DNA from: Polymyxa betae A26-41
Taxonomy: Eukaryota; Protista; Endomyxa: Phytomyxea
Length of the DNA stretch: 49,933 bases
Reading direction: 5' to 3'
NCBI GenBank assembly: GCA_003693705.1
Contig: RBZT01000713.1
Coordinates: 1-49,933, forward strand
The translations under genes were made by a program, and so were the position numbers. The notes below the pieces were generated by a model. The model was not told the DNA's origin. It saw only the letters and a list, made by a program, of their open reading frames with translations, and did not search any database. This document shows, piece after piece, positions 1-12,510 of the stretch. Position 1 is the first letter of the stretch. Every line of letters begins with the position of its first letter.

Positions 1-539
1 TTTTCCTGGTTGTTTTATATTATGATTTTCTATGAAGTTGTTTATATTGGTTTGACGTGTTATCGATGACGTGGTGGGTTTTCGTGTTTGGACATTAAGG
101 TCAGTCTGGTTGTGGTAAAATAAGATTTTTGGTATTGTGTTTGCTGTTAGTGTTGTTATGTTAGGATGTGAGTTTAGGTGTAATTTGGTAGCGAGTCTAA
201 TGTCATGATCTGAACAACAGATCTTTATGACATTGTGACTAGACTGGAGATGAATCGAGATTCGTCCAGCCCTGAACACCGTCGCTTTGAAGATTGTCTT
301 CTGGGTGGTACCATGAAGATCAAACCAAATAGTGTCATGGCGGGGCCCCCCTCTGCCCGCTCGACTATTGTCGGCGGTGTCAGTAAGGAGACTTTCGGAA
401 TCATGCCATGACCAAACGGTGGACCCCAGCGCGTGAGCGTGTCGTCGCCCAGATCAGATCGTCGCTCACGACCTCCCTCCCCACAACGAGACGTCGGACC
501 TACACGCACTTTTTTTTAGTGATTCTGAGTTCATAATGC

Positions 540-740
540 ATGACCGACCCTGATCTGAACAATAGTCCGGACTCCGACCTCTCTATGTCCCCGATTACAT
601 CCGGTCCTACTTCTTATATTATGGTTTCTTCGCCCTTATACGCAGGTATCAATCCCTTGATCGTCGTCATACCCATTGCGGTCTTTTTGGTGTCTTCAAT
701 CATCATTATTATCGCCTTCATTCTTTATAGGCGCAGGTAA
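540..740 (+). CDS. Small single-pass membrane protein, copy 1 (unknown family)
   Basis: ORF MSPITSGPTSYIMVSSPLYA, then a ~25-aa hydrophobic stretch and YRRR. The N-terminus is homologous to the ORF at 5189-5437 (-). A possible donor (cag|gtaag) near 736 means it may continue in a second exon. Confidence 0.4.
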   Translation: MTDPDLNNSPDSDLSMSPITSGPTSYIMVSSPLYAGINPLIVVIPIAVFLVSSIIIIIAFILYRRR

Positions 741-1083
741 GACGCTCTGTGGATGCGATGTCCGAATCTAATAAGTCTGTCTCTATAGTAAAAAGGCTGA
801 AAGTGACCGATGGCTGGAATCGTGGTATCGCTTTCGCGGCCGTTCCTAATGTTCATAATCTCATGTTGGAGCCTCTCAAATGCTGTGATCTTCTCATTGA
901 TCAACTGGGTTTTATAGGGACAAATACATCCAGCCATACAAGAATTGTTCGAAATAATTTGATAATTGGACATTCGTGAAAATACTACAAACTATTCGCA
1001 TTACTTCCATTTTCATTAACCTGAGTCACACAAAGTCTATTCCACTGGCACGATCACAACTGTCGAGATAGTACGACCGCAAC
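551..1083 (+). repeat. Left arm of diverged inverted duplication (partner 4972-5471)
   Basis: 551-643 matches the reverse complement of ~5379-5471, and ~880-1083 matches the reverse complement of ~4972-5163 (e.g. tgctgtgatcttctcat..gatcaactg; gagatagtacg.ccgcaac). The middle is divergent. Confidence 0.85.
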
Positions 1084-1440
1084 ACTTTCTGTTCGCATAA
1101 CGATAGATAGATAGACATTGATAGCAACAATTGGATTGTAATATTAACAACTGATAATGTAGCAATGAAACAAGTCGATTGAATTGAAAAAATCCTCATT
1201 TCAGCAAACCATTTTGATGAAAAACCAAATATCGGATCGTTGAACGATTACCCGGAGGGTCATTAATTCACTTCGTGGATTCGATTTTCACTGCCATCAG
1301 CTGCGAAACGACCCAGCTCGAATTAAATGACGACGCTCTAAGAAGTCGAAGACGATTCTACGCCGATAATTATCGATAAAAAGGGCGAATCGCAAGAGAA
1401 TGGAAGCAAAACTACACAAACGTTTTGTGAAGACGAGTCC

Positions 1441-2140
1441 ATGGCAATCTGCAGAGTATTTGAATCCTTGAATGAGGCTCGCCAACATTGCGATTTTTTT
1501 GCTAAATGCCCTCTGAAACAGAAAAGCACTCAGAAATTAAAATATGTCACTTTCTTTTTCTTTCGTAACGGTTTCCATGAGAAAACAGATTCAATGGTTG
1601 CAGAAAAGTTCCAGCGTTCGAAAAAACCTTTGAAGTGCGGCTGCCAGTTCTTCATCCGATTGCGTCGCTTCGAGGATGAAAATAGTAAAATATTCAGGGT
1701 GCCCGAGATTTTCAATGAACACAGCCATGAGCTGTTCAACGAAGCCAGATTGGAAGTTTTCAACCTCAAAATCGATTTATCCATGAAGATGTAGAGAAAA
1801 CGATGCTGGAGTTAAATGATCATGGTGTCTTGACCTGCTCGCAGATTATGGTGTTAATTCAACAGGAAATTTCCTGAAATCAAGGTTTCCTGAACTGTAC
1901 GAGACGTTCTGAACCTTTTGAAGAAGCACAGGAATAGGAAACACGAAGCGCATGATCTTGTTTCGCCACTGTGTTCAAGAAAATCATCAAACTGCTAGCA
2001 AGTCATCTGAAGTACAGACGCCTGATGATGTAGGACCGGACATTATAAAAAATCATGTTAAAGTCAGAATGAAGGGCAGGCCATAACAGGATCAAAACGT
2101 TATGTCAGCCGAGCAGAGCTGCACCAAAATCAGCATCAGC
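1441..2140 (+). pseudogene. MULE/Mutator transposase remnant (FAR1-type DNA-binding domain plus C-terminal KGRP motif)
   Basis: FESLNEARQHCDFFAK...KCGCQFFIRLRR...FRVPEIFNEHSHEL is FAR1/WRKY-like. VKVRMKGRP lies near 2060-2085. The catalytic core is missing and there are stops/frameshifts. Confidence 0.65.
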
Positions 2141-3065
2141 GGAAGCAGGGGAAGACATCGCTGACAGAAAAGGGAAACATGTCCAAGTAGGGTAAGAATC
2201 CGCCGAATACGATTTTCATAAAATACAGATTAACTGTTGGATTGAATTCTCCATAGTATAGAGGGGAGCCGCTATTATAGAGGGGAGTCGCACAGATAGC
2301 GGCTCACTCTTCTACAGGCAACCTCCGTCGTTGTTACCTCCACTGATACAGTAAAATCAGCCACGTTCAACGACTCTTTTTGATCAACTAACTCCATTGC
2401 CTTCTCCATAAAAAATGAGATCTTCGAGCGAAAGGCATTTTGTAAAGCAATATGCTGCATATTAGGAAGCATTCCGTGTTGGAAAGATAGAAAACGGCAG
2501 TTTTAAGTTTATTGCATTCTTTTGAATTAGGGGCTAGGGCTATGCATCTGTCCGTTGATCCTAAATCGAGAGTTTTCTGACAGCTTGACGCCTGTTGGCA
2601 ACGAGGTTCCTCTGAGTCGCTCATTTGGGAGGTTGAAAGAGCATGATCCACGGATGTGGCAACAGCCAGTGCACATTGTGTCAGCGCGACAGAAGCAGGA
2701 ACGAGAGGATCAGACGATTCTGGACACGATAGCAGACCCATTCTCTTCAGAAGCTAAGACATTATTCTCCCATAACCTCACGAGCGTGTAGGCTCGCGGA
2801 CTAAATTTTGCGGCGCGGGGCCTCACAGATAGGGGGTGTGCGACATACAATCGCACACGGGCTTATTTGTGCGAGGGGTCGCACACGTAGCAGGGTCGTA
2901 TTGGCAAATACAGGGATGTCATCTTTATCAAAGCGAAAATCATTCGAAAACGATCTGGATAGACTATCTACAGAAAGGTTTCTCATCTTTTGGGAGAGGC
3001 GCTCGGAATGAGGCTGACCTTGACTCCGATTCAAATTTGACTCCGAGCTGTAGAAACGTGTCTCC

Positions 3066-4689
3066 TACGGAATTCGAGAAGGGTCAAGGGGTGACACCGA
3101 CAAGAAAAATTCCGCCGCGCAGAAAAAATTCTACTTCGTGCTAGGTAATTGGTATCGAAATTGTGCCTGGCTGGATCCATTAGGCGGGCAAATCTTTCTG
3201 TCTGGCGACAGATAAGACGGAGAGCAGCTGTCGGCAGATGCTGCCCGTCATAGCCGTCGATCTACTGTCTTCCCTCTCTATAACGATACTGGCGGGGTTT
3301 TCTTTTTTTATGACGACACTGTCGTTTTAAAAATATATTGGGTTCCTAACGGACTATGGGCCATTTATATGTTTTAACTCGCAGCAATTACAGGAATCAT
3401 TTTTCTCGAATAGATACAAAATTAAGGCTTTACAAACTTCTTGAAGTTTGTATGGCAGTTCTTGGGAGTTATGCCGAAAAGTGCTTAGCTAATTTTCGAT
3501 GTGCTTCGATTTGTCGTCGTTAACGTCAGTTTGCTCACTTGACTCTCGTACTTCCAAGGTCTCTTACAATGTCAGAAATAGTTGAGCGGAATAACCCAAT
3601 CTTTCAGAAACCAGCTCAGCGATTTTAGTTTTTACTCTTTAATGTTATCATTGTATTCTCGGCAAATCAGCTGTTTCTCGGCTATCTCGAACGGCTCTTT
3701 CTTTCTCGAAGGAGAAGTGACCATATGATAAAGGGTCTGAGCGCCAGAGCCAATGCTAACCCTCTAGTTGGCTAGTCTAAGACTCTAAAAGTGACGAGGC
3801 AATGGTAGATAAATCAAGTTTGTATTGTTAATGATCGAGATGAGAATCGAAAGCCCCATAAGAATCTCATCTGACAGAGATGGTCCGCGCCGCCATGTCA
3901 TTGATGTTGCGAATCTATAGAACAATATCCGTACAATGTAACATATCGGGCTTATATGGAGATGTCGTTATAACGAGTGTCGTTATAGAGAGGGAGGACT
4001 GTATATCGCCAAATGTTGACATCGAGCGCTGATTAGCACAGATGTGGTTTATGTAACACTTTCTGTAATCAATTAGTGAGAAGTATATCCGGACGCTTTC
4101 CAGCGTTTACTGCCTTAAACTTCTCTATGTTTTCGGGCACTCCTGCCGTTTCTATGTCCGTCGCTTGACTCTACACTAAAGTATAGGCTGGCTGAGCAAT
4201 GACGCCCTGCGTTTCTTGCATTGGGAAAATTCGCATGAGCAGATCGGATTCGGTCATCAAAATGTGGTCTGTCACGCTTTCTGCTACTTTTGCTAGGCCA
4301 AAACAACAGCCAAATCATGGCTGCCTGAATGAGTTCGTCGGGCTTCATTGAGGGTCTAACGTCGTGATCGCTAACGTTCGCATTCAGCTGGTTCATTGCT
4401 ATCATAGCTCGCCGAAGCAAATTGGGTCGATCGATAGGGGCATACCGGAAAATATCTACTATCAAAAGGCGTTTGTAAATCGCGATATAGATCGGCGACG
4501 GTCAGTGTCGGGCAGGCAGCATCTGCCGACAGCTGCTGTCCGTCTTATCTGTCGACAGCTAGAAAGATTCGCCCCCATCAGGCTTTCCACAGCGTTGGCA
4601 GAACATTTTTGTATACACGAAGTACAAATTTTTCTGCGCGGCGGAATTTTTTTGTCGGTGTCACCCCTTGACCCTTCTCGAATTCCCTA
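3066..4689. mobile_element. Non-autonomous TIR DNA transposon with ~200-bp imperfect TIRs and candidate 6-bp TSD
   Basis: 3066-3264 is the reverse complement of ~4487-4689 (ggaattcgagaagggtcaaggggtgacaccgacaa...). Termini are TA(C/G)GG...CCCTA. GTCTCC flanks both sides (3060-3065, 4690-4695). Confidence 0.8.
3265..4001. mobile_element. Tc1/mariner-pogo-like MITE nested in the left TIR of the 3066-4689 element
   Basis: TIRs c(t/a)gtc(t/c)tccctctctataacga, with TA TSD at 3263-3264 and 4002-4003. Removing the element restores gatctatatcgc, matching the intact right TIR of the host element. Confidence 0.85.
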
Positions 4690-4971
4690 GTCTCCTCATA
4701 ACAGTCTTCAGAACTGAGTAAAATTCAGAGGTATGTTCTATTTAAAATTCATTGTTCCGATGAGACATTAAATACAGTCAAATTTATTAGAGACGGTTCG
4801 AAATGGATGCGGTCGTCCTATCATAGATGATCTCTTCAGCATATATGGTAGGGTTAGGGTTTGAGAAACACGATTATCCCAATTGAACTCTCCAATGCAA
4901 GCTCGAGAGATCTCGCAACGTACACTAAGTCTTCATTATCTCTATATATGTGCGATTATTCTGTCTAGGGG

Positions 4972-5471
4972 TTGCGGCCGTACTATCTCTGCAGTTGTGG
5001 TCGTACCCGCTCACGAATGTAATGGATTCTGGAATGTGTGACTCAGGTCAAAATCAGATCACGAATGTTAAAATCAGCGATTTTATTTTGAGTAATTCTT
5101 GAATAGCTGGTTGGATTTGTCCCTATGAAACACAGTTGATCGATGAGAAGATCACAGCAGTTGAGCGTCATACATGCGATGATGAACCTCAGCAACAGCT
5201 CTGGCAGCAACCTCTGTATGGCTTGTTTTGTTTGTCCCTGGAAACACATTTGTTAGTTGAAGGAGATAACAGACACAGAACGACATACACGTTACGATAC
5301 ACCCAGCAGCAACCACCAATCACGACGACAATCATGATACAGATAAATCCGATAATACCGATGCCAAGGCCAGATAGAGCGTATAAGGGCGTAGGAACCA
5401 TGATATAAGAAGTAGGGCCGGATGCAATCGGTGCCATAGAGGGCTCGGAGCCCGGACTATAGCTCAGATCA
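4972..5471 (-). repeat. Right arm of inverted duplication (partner 551-1083)
   Basis: Reverse-complement similarity to 551-643 and 880-1083. Confidence 0.85.
5189..5437 (-). CDS. Small single-pass membrane protein, copy 2, with Cys-rich tail
   Basis: MAPIASGPTSYIMVPTPLYA, then a hydrophobic helix and GGCCWVYR...RGCCQSCC. Paralogous to 540-740. Confidence 0.45.
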   Translation of the reverse strand: MAPIASGPTSYIMVPTPLYALSGLGIGIIGFICIMIVVVIGGCCWVYRNVYVVLCLLSPSTNKCVSRDKQNKPYRGCCQSCC

Positions 5472-6450
5472 CGCTCTGAGATACATCATATGAACGGATC
5501 TTACAGAGGACGAGGACGGACCTGGACGGATTGCAGCAGCAGGACCAGTACGACCAGGACCTGGAACGGGATCGACGACCGACGCATGACGATTGAGACG
5601 ACGAAAGGGGACTGATTTGATGGCGAAAGCCCGTGGGAATGCCGGATTGAAAAGCCCGAGATGTCCGTGACGGCAAAAAAAGGCCGCGCCTCGGTCCGTC
5701 GCACTTTTTTCCTTGGTTTTTGACCGATCGATTTCGATTCTCATGATTTCCATTAGTCGTACACTAACTTGTCTTCGCCCGGTGCCGGAGAGTCCTCTGC
5801 GCAGTCATGCTGGCCCCGGGCCGTCCGTCGTGGCCAAATGTGGACCCTCTGCTGTCACTGCGCATGATTCGCTGCCTCAGAAAAACTGACGTTGGTTTGC
5901 TTAGGAGTGTCTGGGTTAGGGTTTAGTGTTTCAGGGATTTTCTCAACACTGGATCTGGAATCTGAAACAGAATCACAATGATCTTGATGTTTTTTCAAAA
6001 AACATCACGCGCTTTTTTTGCTATTTTAAACGAAGTTTATAATATATAATAACAAAGACGTGGACACCAATTGCTCAAGTCGTGCCTGGTTTACGCCGCC
6101 GTCCTTATTCTGGCCGTATGAATACAGCACAACAGATAGTTCTCGAGTATGTCCGTACTGGACATACTCGATGCAAAGCACATCTGAACAATTTTCGAAT
6201 TGAATTCAACGACGCATTTTCGCCTCTTTTCAACTGAGAGCGAAACACTGGAACAGCTATTAATAATTATGCCCAAAACTACAACAGAATCGAGGCAAAT
6301 TCCGAGGTTAAAAACCCTAACGCAATCACAATTTCATCTATACATTCTGGAAACCTTGGAAAAAATATGGCAAAACTGCTACAAAAAGCCGCGAAAAATG
6401 GTTGCGAAACATAGCTGCGACATTCTACAATTTTTAAGTACGCATAGCAC

Positions 6451-6583
6451 ACAGCCTACTAAACTCGTCCTCTATGTAACAGCCTACCAAACTCGTCCTC
6501 TATATAACAGCCTACTAAACTCGTCCTCTATATAACAGCCTACTAAACTCGTCCTCTATGTAACAGCCTACCAAACTCGTCCT
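6451..6583 (+). repeat. Minisatellite, 28-bp unit x ~4.75
   Basis: Unit acagcctac(t/c)aaactcgtcctctat(g/a)ta starts at 6451, 6479, 6507, 6535 and 6563, with no spacers. Confidence 0.95.
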
Positions 6584-6811
6584 TGTATTAATGTATGTTG
6601 ATATAGATGTATTCTATATGGAGCTTTATTCATAAAAACAGAAAAGAGTCGTTAAACAATATATCGATCTCCGAATATAGATAAGCATACGATCGAGCAG
6701 TCCGACCGTAGTTATCCCGGACTTAAACAAGTCCGGGAACGCAAACAGGACGCGAACAGCGCCCATATTGCCAACCTGTAATGCAAACTGCCGAGTCGGG
6801 CGGTCCGTGGC

Positions 6812-9628
6812 GGCCCTGCCGTCCGGGGACAGGCATAAAATGGTCGAAAATTGATCTACGATCGAAAATTGATCGAACTCCGTGGCGCACGAATTTTTGA
6901 TCTAACCCTAACCCTAGATCTAAAAATGTTCGAATGTTGACATCTGGTGATATATAATTTGATACCTTTATCGAATACATTTTTCCAATTTACGGCACAC
7001 AAAATAACTGACACGCGCTTGCATGAGACATTTCTCATCAAAACATTTGCTTGAGTAGTGTCTGGCTCAATTTTTGTAAGAGGAGAGACATTGCAGTTCG
7101 CTCTGTGCAAACACTATGGAAAATATCAGTTCAAATCGACGTTCAATTGCTCACAACGGGTTCAAGAATATTCTTTCTCGGCAGCACCAGCATGTTCAAT
7201 ACTTCAGATGCAGTCAGTTTAGTACAACCCATCGGCGGTCGCGTAAGATTCGGGCTCTAACCGAGTAATAAATGCGGAAAACGATTTGCTTTCCGAAGTT
7301 GCTTTTTGACAAACTACTAACGTTTAACAAGATGAAAAATTAGCCGGAGACGAGAGAAATGCAGGGAATACTACGATTTGGAGGTTGATTGACATTTTTA
7401 CAGTGTCTGTAGAAACTGCGCCTGGACTTCACAGCAACTAACTGACCAAAAGGTACAATAACAGCTCCACAGCTGTTAGTCCAGGGCCTACTTAAGCAGT
7501 ACTCCACAAGTGACCGTAATTTATGTCGAATAAGATCGCCTCTGGAACTGACGTCACAGGAACTAGAATGAAAGCGAAATGTGTTCTCCATCTATTCAGA
7601 CACGAAAACAATGGCCAGTGGATGGCTTTGACAGCGATGCCGAATATCGAGATTCTTGATTTACTTGGTGATATCTGAAAAATACATATCATTTTATCTA
7701 GCATTGATCTCTATAATATTAAGTCACTCTAAATCAACGGCTCTCCGAGAATCCAAGTGTCTGAATGAGGTTAGCAGCATGTGGTCCTCTCACGCTTGAA
7801 AGTTCTGTAAGTGAAATGAAAATGTATCAATCGTTTCACTGAAAAACTAGAATGATGGCGTTTTTGAAATTCAATCTTATACCGTCAAAAATCCTTGATC
7901 TTTCAACTGAATTTGATAGAGTGCGGGAAGGTCTACAGCAGCACTTCGAAACTTAGAAAACATCGCGCTTTTGTTAAAGAAATATTCGAAGAAATAATGC
8001 CATCAAAGATAAAAAAGTCCAGATGATTGCTCCGGAAATTCTCTTTCTAGAAAACGAGAATGAAAACCGCCCACATCCACATCTCGCGTAGATAGGAAAC
8101 GCATGCGCAGCAAAGCTGCCAGCATTAACTCAGCACCGAGGAAGAAACGCTGCGTCCCCATCCAAAACAGAACATGGTGCATCGTATCGAGTGATAGTTT
8201 ATTAATTACCCAAGCAAATTACAAAATTTAAGGTCAAACGTCCTCTCGTCCGATTTGGACTGATTCTGATTAGAAGTAGAATAGTGACGCAGTTCATTTA
8301 CTACAATATAACCTCTGACTGAATTAAAAAATTGGCCCCTCTTAACCGGGAAACTACTTCTGTCTGTCGACAGATGAGCGGGCTGCGGCATCATCTGTCT
8401 CTCTCTCCATCTCTCTCCTTCTCTCTGGTATATATCTGGCTCTGTCTGGTAGACGTTCGCACTCTATGCCTCTTAGACTTCAATATGACGTTATTTGAAA
8501 GAATGGGCTAATGTACAATTACTGCTGAGTCACGGTCGATTCTTTTGAGCGTTGACAAATATCTGTCGTCTGGTTCGTTATGGGGAACGGCACCAGAACG
8601 ACCAAGCTGTAGTCTTTGACCGGCTAAAGAATAGAGAGATGATTACAGAGATGCCATCCATTTTTTCTTGTTGAAGCGAAACCTGTCCGTCCATGTCAGC
8701 TAACAATTTTTGAAACGCAGCTGGAAAGGATCGATCTGACTTGAAATTGCCACAGAACAAATGTGACGACAGGGGATGTAAGTGCTTCGGAAACAATCAC
8801 AATTGCATGAAGCTCGGAACCGCACCAGTGGTCGATGTAACCTTCCAGGTAGTGACGGTCTCATCGCTCACATCACAGACCGTGATAACGTTTGTTGATA
8901 AGACAGACGATACTCCAGTTCCCAATTACTCTTGACAAAATCGCTATATGCGCGAAGTCCCTTGATTTTCGAGTTTGACCCATCTGCCCGGAAACTGCCC
9001 ACCGTTTTCGTAGTGAAATGTTTGGAACTATGAGACCCGTACACATTCTCCCTATCAGAATTCAGCTTCTGAATGAAGCTCACAGCACTTGAACTACTGG
9101 CGTATTTTTTTGGCACGACTGTAGTTGTCGTTGCAGTTGTTTTTTTATTGGATTTCAATAAATTGCAGAATTCATTTTATTTATGAACGGATAACTGGGC
9201 CGTCCAAACCCTATACAAAATTGAGTTATTATGGAATAACGCGACGGCAAGCAACTGAGCGTAATTTTACTTGATCCAGTATAGAACTGATGACGTATAA
9301 TGGTTTGTGTGTTATATTGATTCGCCGCCATTGCGAACCGACAGACAGCAGGCTGCGCCATCTGTCGACAGACAGAAGTAGTTTCCCCTCTTAACCTGAT
9401 GCGATTTCGTATAAATTACCTGTAGCAATAAACCCTAAAGAATTGCGATTATCCGAGGATTTCTACTGCAAACATTGACGACGTAGACCATTTTTAGAAC
9501 TCTGGTTCACAGTTAGATCATTTTTTCGATCAATTTGATGAAAAACAGTGCGCTGCGGAGTTAGATCAATTTTCGACCGTGGATCATTTTTCGATCAATT
9601 AATCTTTTCCCCCGTCCGGCAGCGGCGC
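6812..9628 (-). mobile_element. Degenerate TIR element with probable piggyBac-like transposase remnants
   Basis: 6812-6890 is the reverse complement of 9548-9628 (internal gatcgaaaattgatc repeats). Minus-strand fragments CIFQISPSKSRISIFGI (cf. FRQYIPSKPAKYGIKIF) and YRTFKRER/LLTSFRHLD lie at ~7600-7830. No clear TTAA TSD. Confidence 0.45.
8348..9387 (-). mobile_element. Internally deleted MULE with TIRs and 9-bp TSD
   Basis: TIR gggaaactacttctgtctgtcgacagatg at both ends. TSD CTCTTAACC at 8339-8347 and 9388-9396. Internal FPKHLHPLSSHLFCGNFK resembles the MULE FP..H..C..H...N motif. Confidence 0.88.
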
Positions 9629-11021
9629 TTTCAAGTTTCAACAGCAGGCGTAGGAAATCATGCTGGCCCTCGGCCTCGATCAGGGAGCGACGCAATTCGG
9701 ATGAATAAGTCTAAATGGCGAGCGAAATTGAGTAAGGAGCGGGTTCGAACTTCACGGACTCTGAATGACACTTTGTTCATATACAATAAACCCTAACCGT
9801 AACATAATTCAGGAAGTTGGACGTAAATTTCTCTTGTTGATACAGAAGAGTGATTTATTCAAGTCAGTGATCCCCATCTGCGTGTATTCCACTCAAAACT
9901 TTTTTACAGTTTTTCCCATATTTTTTGCATTTGATGAGTTGATGCTCAATTGATCGAATATCGCTGACAATGACGTTCTGGATCTTCCACATTTCATATC
10001 TGTTGGATGAGATTTTTCAACATCTATTGATGAAACGACCCTGCTACACAGGCATCTAGATGCCCTATAACTATAGATATTTTTGATATTTAGGTGCAGA
10101 TGATATGATCGAAAAAAACAAGGTTTTCACCGTGGTTCGAACAGGCGACCCTGGAGTCGGATTTGCGCATTTACGATCTGGGCAACGGAGAAGAGAAAGC
10201 CTTTGGTACGAGCAAATTGCGGGCCTGCAGACTACAAGATCCCGAAAGGCGAGTGTTGGAGCGGGTCACCCCAGCGTCGTGCGGACTGATAGCAATCGGA
10301 GTTCCAGAGCTGTTGATATCATTTCATGATAAGAGTTATGATCCTTTATACATAACCATGGTTGAGGTCCATGAAACGCGTCCTGCCAGCAGCTGTTTCC
10401 GAAAACTGCAGACTGAAAAGCATTCGACGTGAATGGTTGATGATTGTTTTTGTTCAATTCAGCGTCAATCAATCTGATGACATTGGGTTGGGCGGATCTT
10501 CTATCAGCGGACAGTATTTCGACGTACCGGAGCAAGCGGCGAGTGACTTCTACGATCTTTGACAGCTCGGGTAGCGATGATTATGAAAACATTATTGAAT
10601 ACGGCCCGACAGACATAATGAGATATTTGAAGAGATTTTTGTACCAGGACCTCACAAAAACTTCGTTTTTTAGCCCGATGAGGCAAGTCGTTGGTTTAGA
10701 GACGGAAATGGTGTTGGCCACCAAATTGGCGCTCTTCCCTATCAAAACCCTAAAACCCTTCCTTACTTAAAAAACGCTTTCCAATACCCATGCTTGCAGG
10801 ATTTCGGACGCGAGGCTGCGTGGGAGTTGTGAAATGTTATCATGACATTCTGGCGGCGTTAGACAACCCGTGGACTTGGTATCTGGCTCATATTCCGTGG
10901 AAGAGAGGTCCGATTGATTAAAGCTGTCATTATACCAAATACGAACTGAAACAAGTTGATACAGGGAAGAATTTCTCCGAGGGAGGGAACCATGAGTGTC
11001 ATGTTAGCATATGAGCGCTGT

Positions 11022-11081
11022 NNNNNNNNNNNNNNNNNNNNNNNNNNNNNNNNNNNNNNNNNNNNNNNNNNNNNNNNNNNN
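11022..11081. other. Assembly gap (60 N)
   Basis: Run of N. Confidence 1.
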
Positions 11082-11107
11082 CCTCTCCCGTCTAACATGT
11101 CAGAGGA

Positions 11108-11178
11108 GCGCCATTGGTTGAATGGTACAATAGCTCGTTGCCAACGAGTTGGTCCGGGTTCGATTCCCGGATGGCGCA
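11108..11178 (+). tRNA. tRNA-Gly (GCC)
   Basis: Acceptor stem GCGCCAT/ATGGCGC, anticodon arm GCTCG-TTGCCAA-CGAGT, T-loop GGTTCGATTCC, followed by a T-run (Pol III terminator). Confidence 0.95.
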
Positions 11179-11289
11179 TCTATTTTTGTTTTGCCTTATC
11201 GAGATAGGTGATTATGTTGATATCAGTTCAGCAGGAGCAATATAATATAGAAAGCACTTCAAGGCATCATCAAATACCTTAACACAAAA

Positions 11290-11625
11290 ATACCTGATCA
11301 ACCACAGCCGAGTTCTAAGGAATCAGCAGAATCTGTCATAGAAGCTGTATGGGCAGTATGGCTCAAGGTTTTCTATTTGAACAGAGCGTGGTTTCCAATA
11401 TTCTGCTTTGAATCAAGACAACAAACGTCGGTATTTCTCGAAAAGAACAATAGCACACGATCGCGAACAAAGCACATTGATCCGCTATCATCAGATATCG
11501 TAAAAAGCCCAAGATGACCAGATCTAGATATATAGTCTATGGTCCAACCAACCTAATGGTCGCAGACATTTCAACAAAACTGCCACATGAACATGCATTC
11601 AAGAAACATGGCGATAGCATGATGA
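11290..11625 (+). mobile_element. Ty1/Copia RNase H remnant
   Basis: Frameshifted fragments STTAEF, EAVW, QDN, RSRTKHID and IVYGPTNLMVADISTKLP match the Copia RNase H C-terminus. Confidence 0.75.
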
Positions 11626-12486
11626 ATATTGATCGCTGCAATCTGTTTCAATTCCATTCTTTATGCATCGAAATCTTGAGAAATCATCGCTGGTCGCAGC
11701 TCTTGGCAGCTCGACAGGTCCTTCTGACGGAATTTCTGACAACCGGTTTAGGGAATTGCAAAGCTTCGCGAAGGAGTTGGCTGTGCTGGCCGCTCATATC
11801 TGGGCAGATGATCCCGATCGATTCAGCGACGATGGCGACCTGTTTTTAAAGCTCCTGGATCGAAATCGATTCCGTTTTCATTGGCTGCATTCTATATTCT
11901 GTCGGGTCATTGCGAAACTGTCGCCATCGAGCCAGTTGGCCGCCAATGACCGAGGACGGAGCCTCCTCGAGCTTCTCATTCATCACAGGTTCCAACTTTG
12001 ACAATTTTCGTTCTGATTCTGAAATGTTTCTGAACGTAGCGCTGTCGTTAACTACGACATGAACGAGTTACAAGAAAAAATCGTTTTGGCTGTAATCGCG
12101 AAGAGCTCCGTGGAGATTGTCGATGAAGCTCGTGCTCGATCGCTGCATTTCCTGCCGCCCAACATCTGGGCCTTTATCTTCTACAAACGTAACATGGAGA
12201 TTCTGCATCAGAACGCCGATTTCACGGCATTTGCGGACGAAATATTCGCTGATCACCCGGATCGACCACGTTTCGAAATTTTTGTCGTCCCTGTCGGGCT
12301 TGGAATGGAAGCGATCGATCATGTGAGGCGTTCCATATCGGAAACGTTTCCCAGTATTCTTGTCTTTCTTCCTCGCTGGTAACAATTTTGATCGTTTCAG
12401 ACGCTTATTGGAAATCTTCAGCTCTTTAAACCACTGAAAAACTTGGCTACTTTTTTCACAAAAAAATCGTAAATTTGCCAGATTTT

Positions 12487-12510
12487 CTTTAGGTTAGGGT
12501 TTAGGGTTTT
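12487..12510 (+). repeat. Short interstitial telomere-like tract
   Basis: tttaggttagggtttagggtttt. Similar 2-3-unit tracts occur at ~4849, 5913, 6904, 10744, 12774, 40465 and 40739. Confidence 0.5.

Noticed and set aside
6451-6583. 28-bp repeats as a CRISPR array
   Set aside because: Units are head-to-tail with no unique spacers, the context is eukaryotic and there are no cas genes.
10859-11207. ORFs spanning the N run
   Set aside because: Artefacts of the gap and the tRNA sequence.
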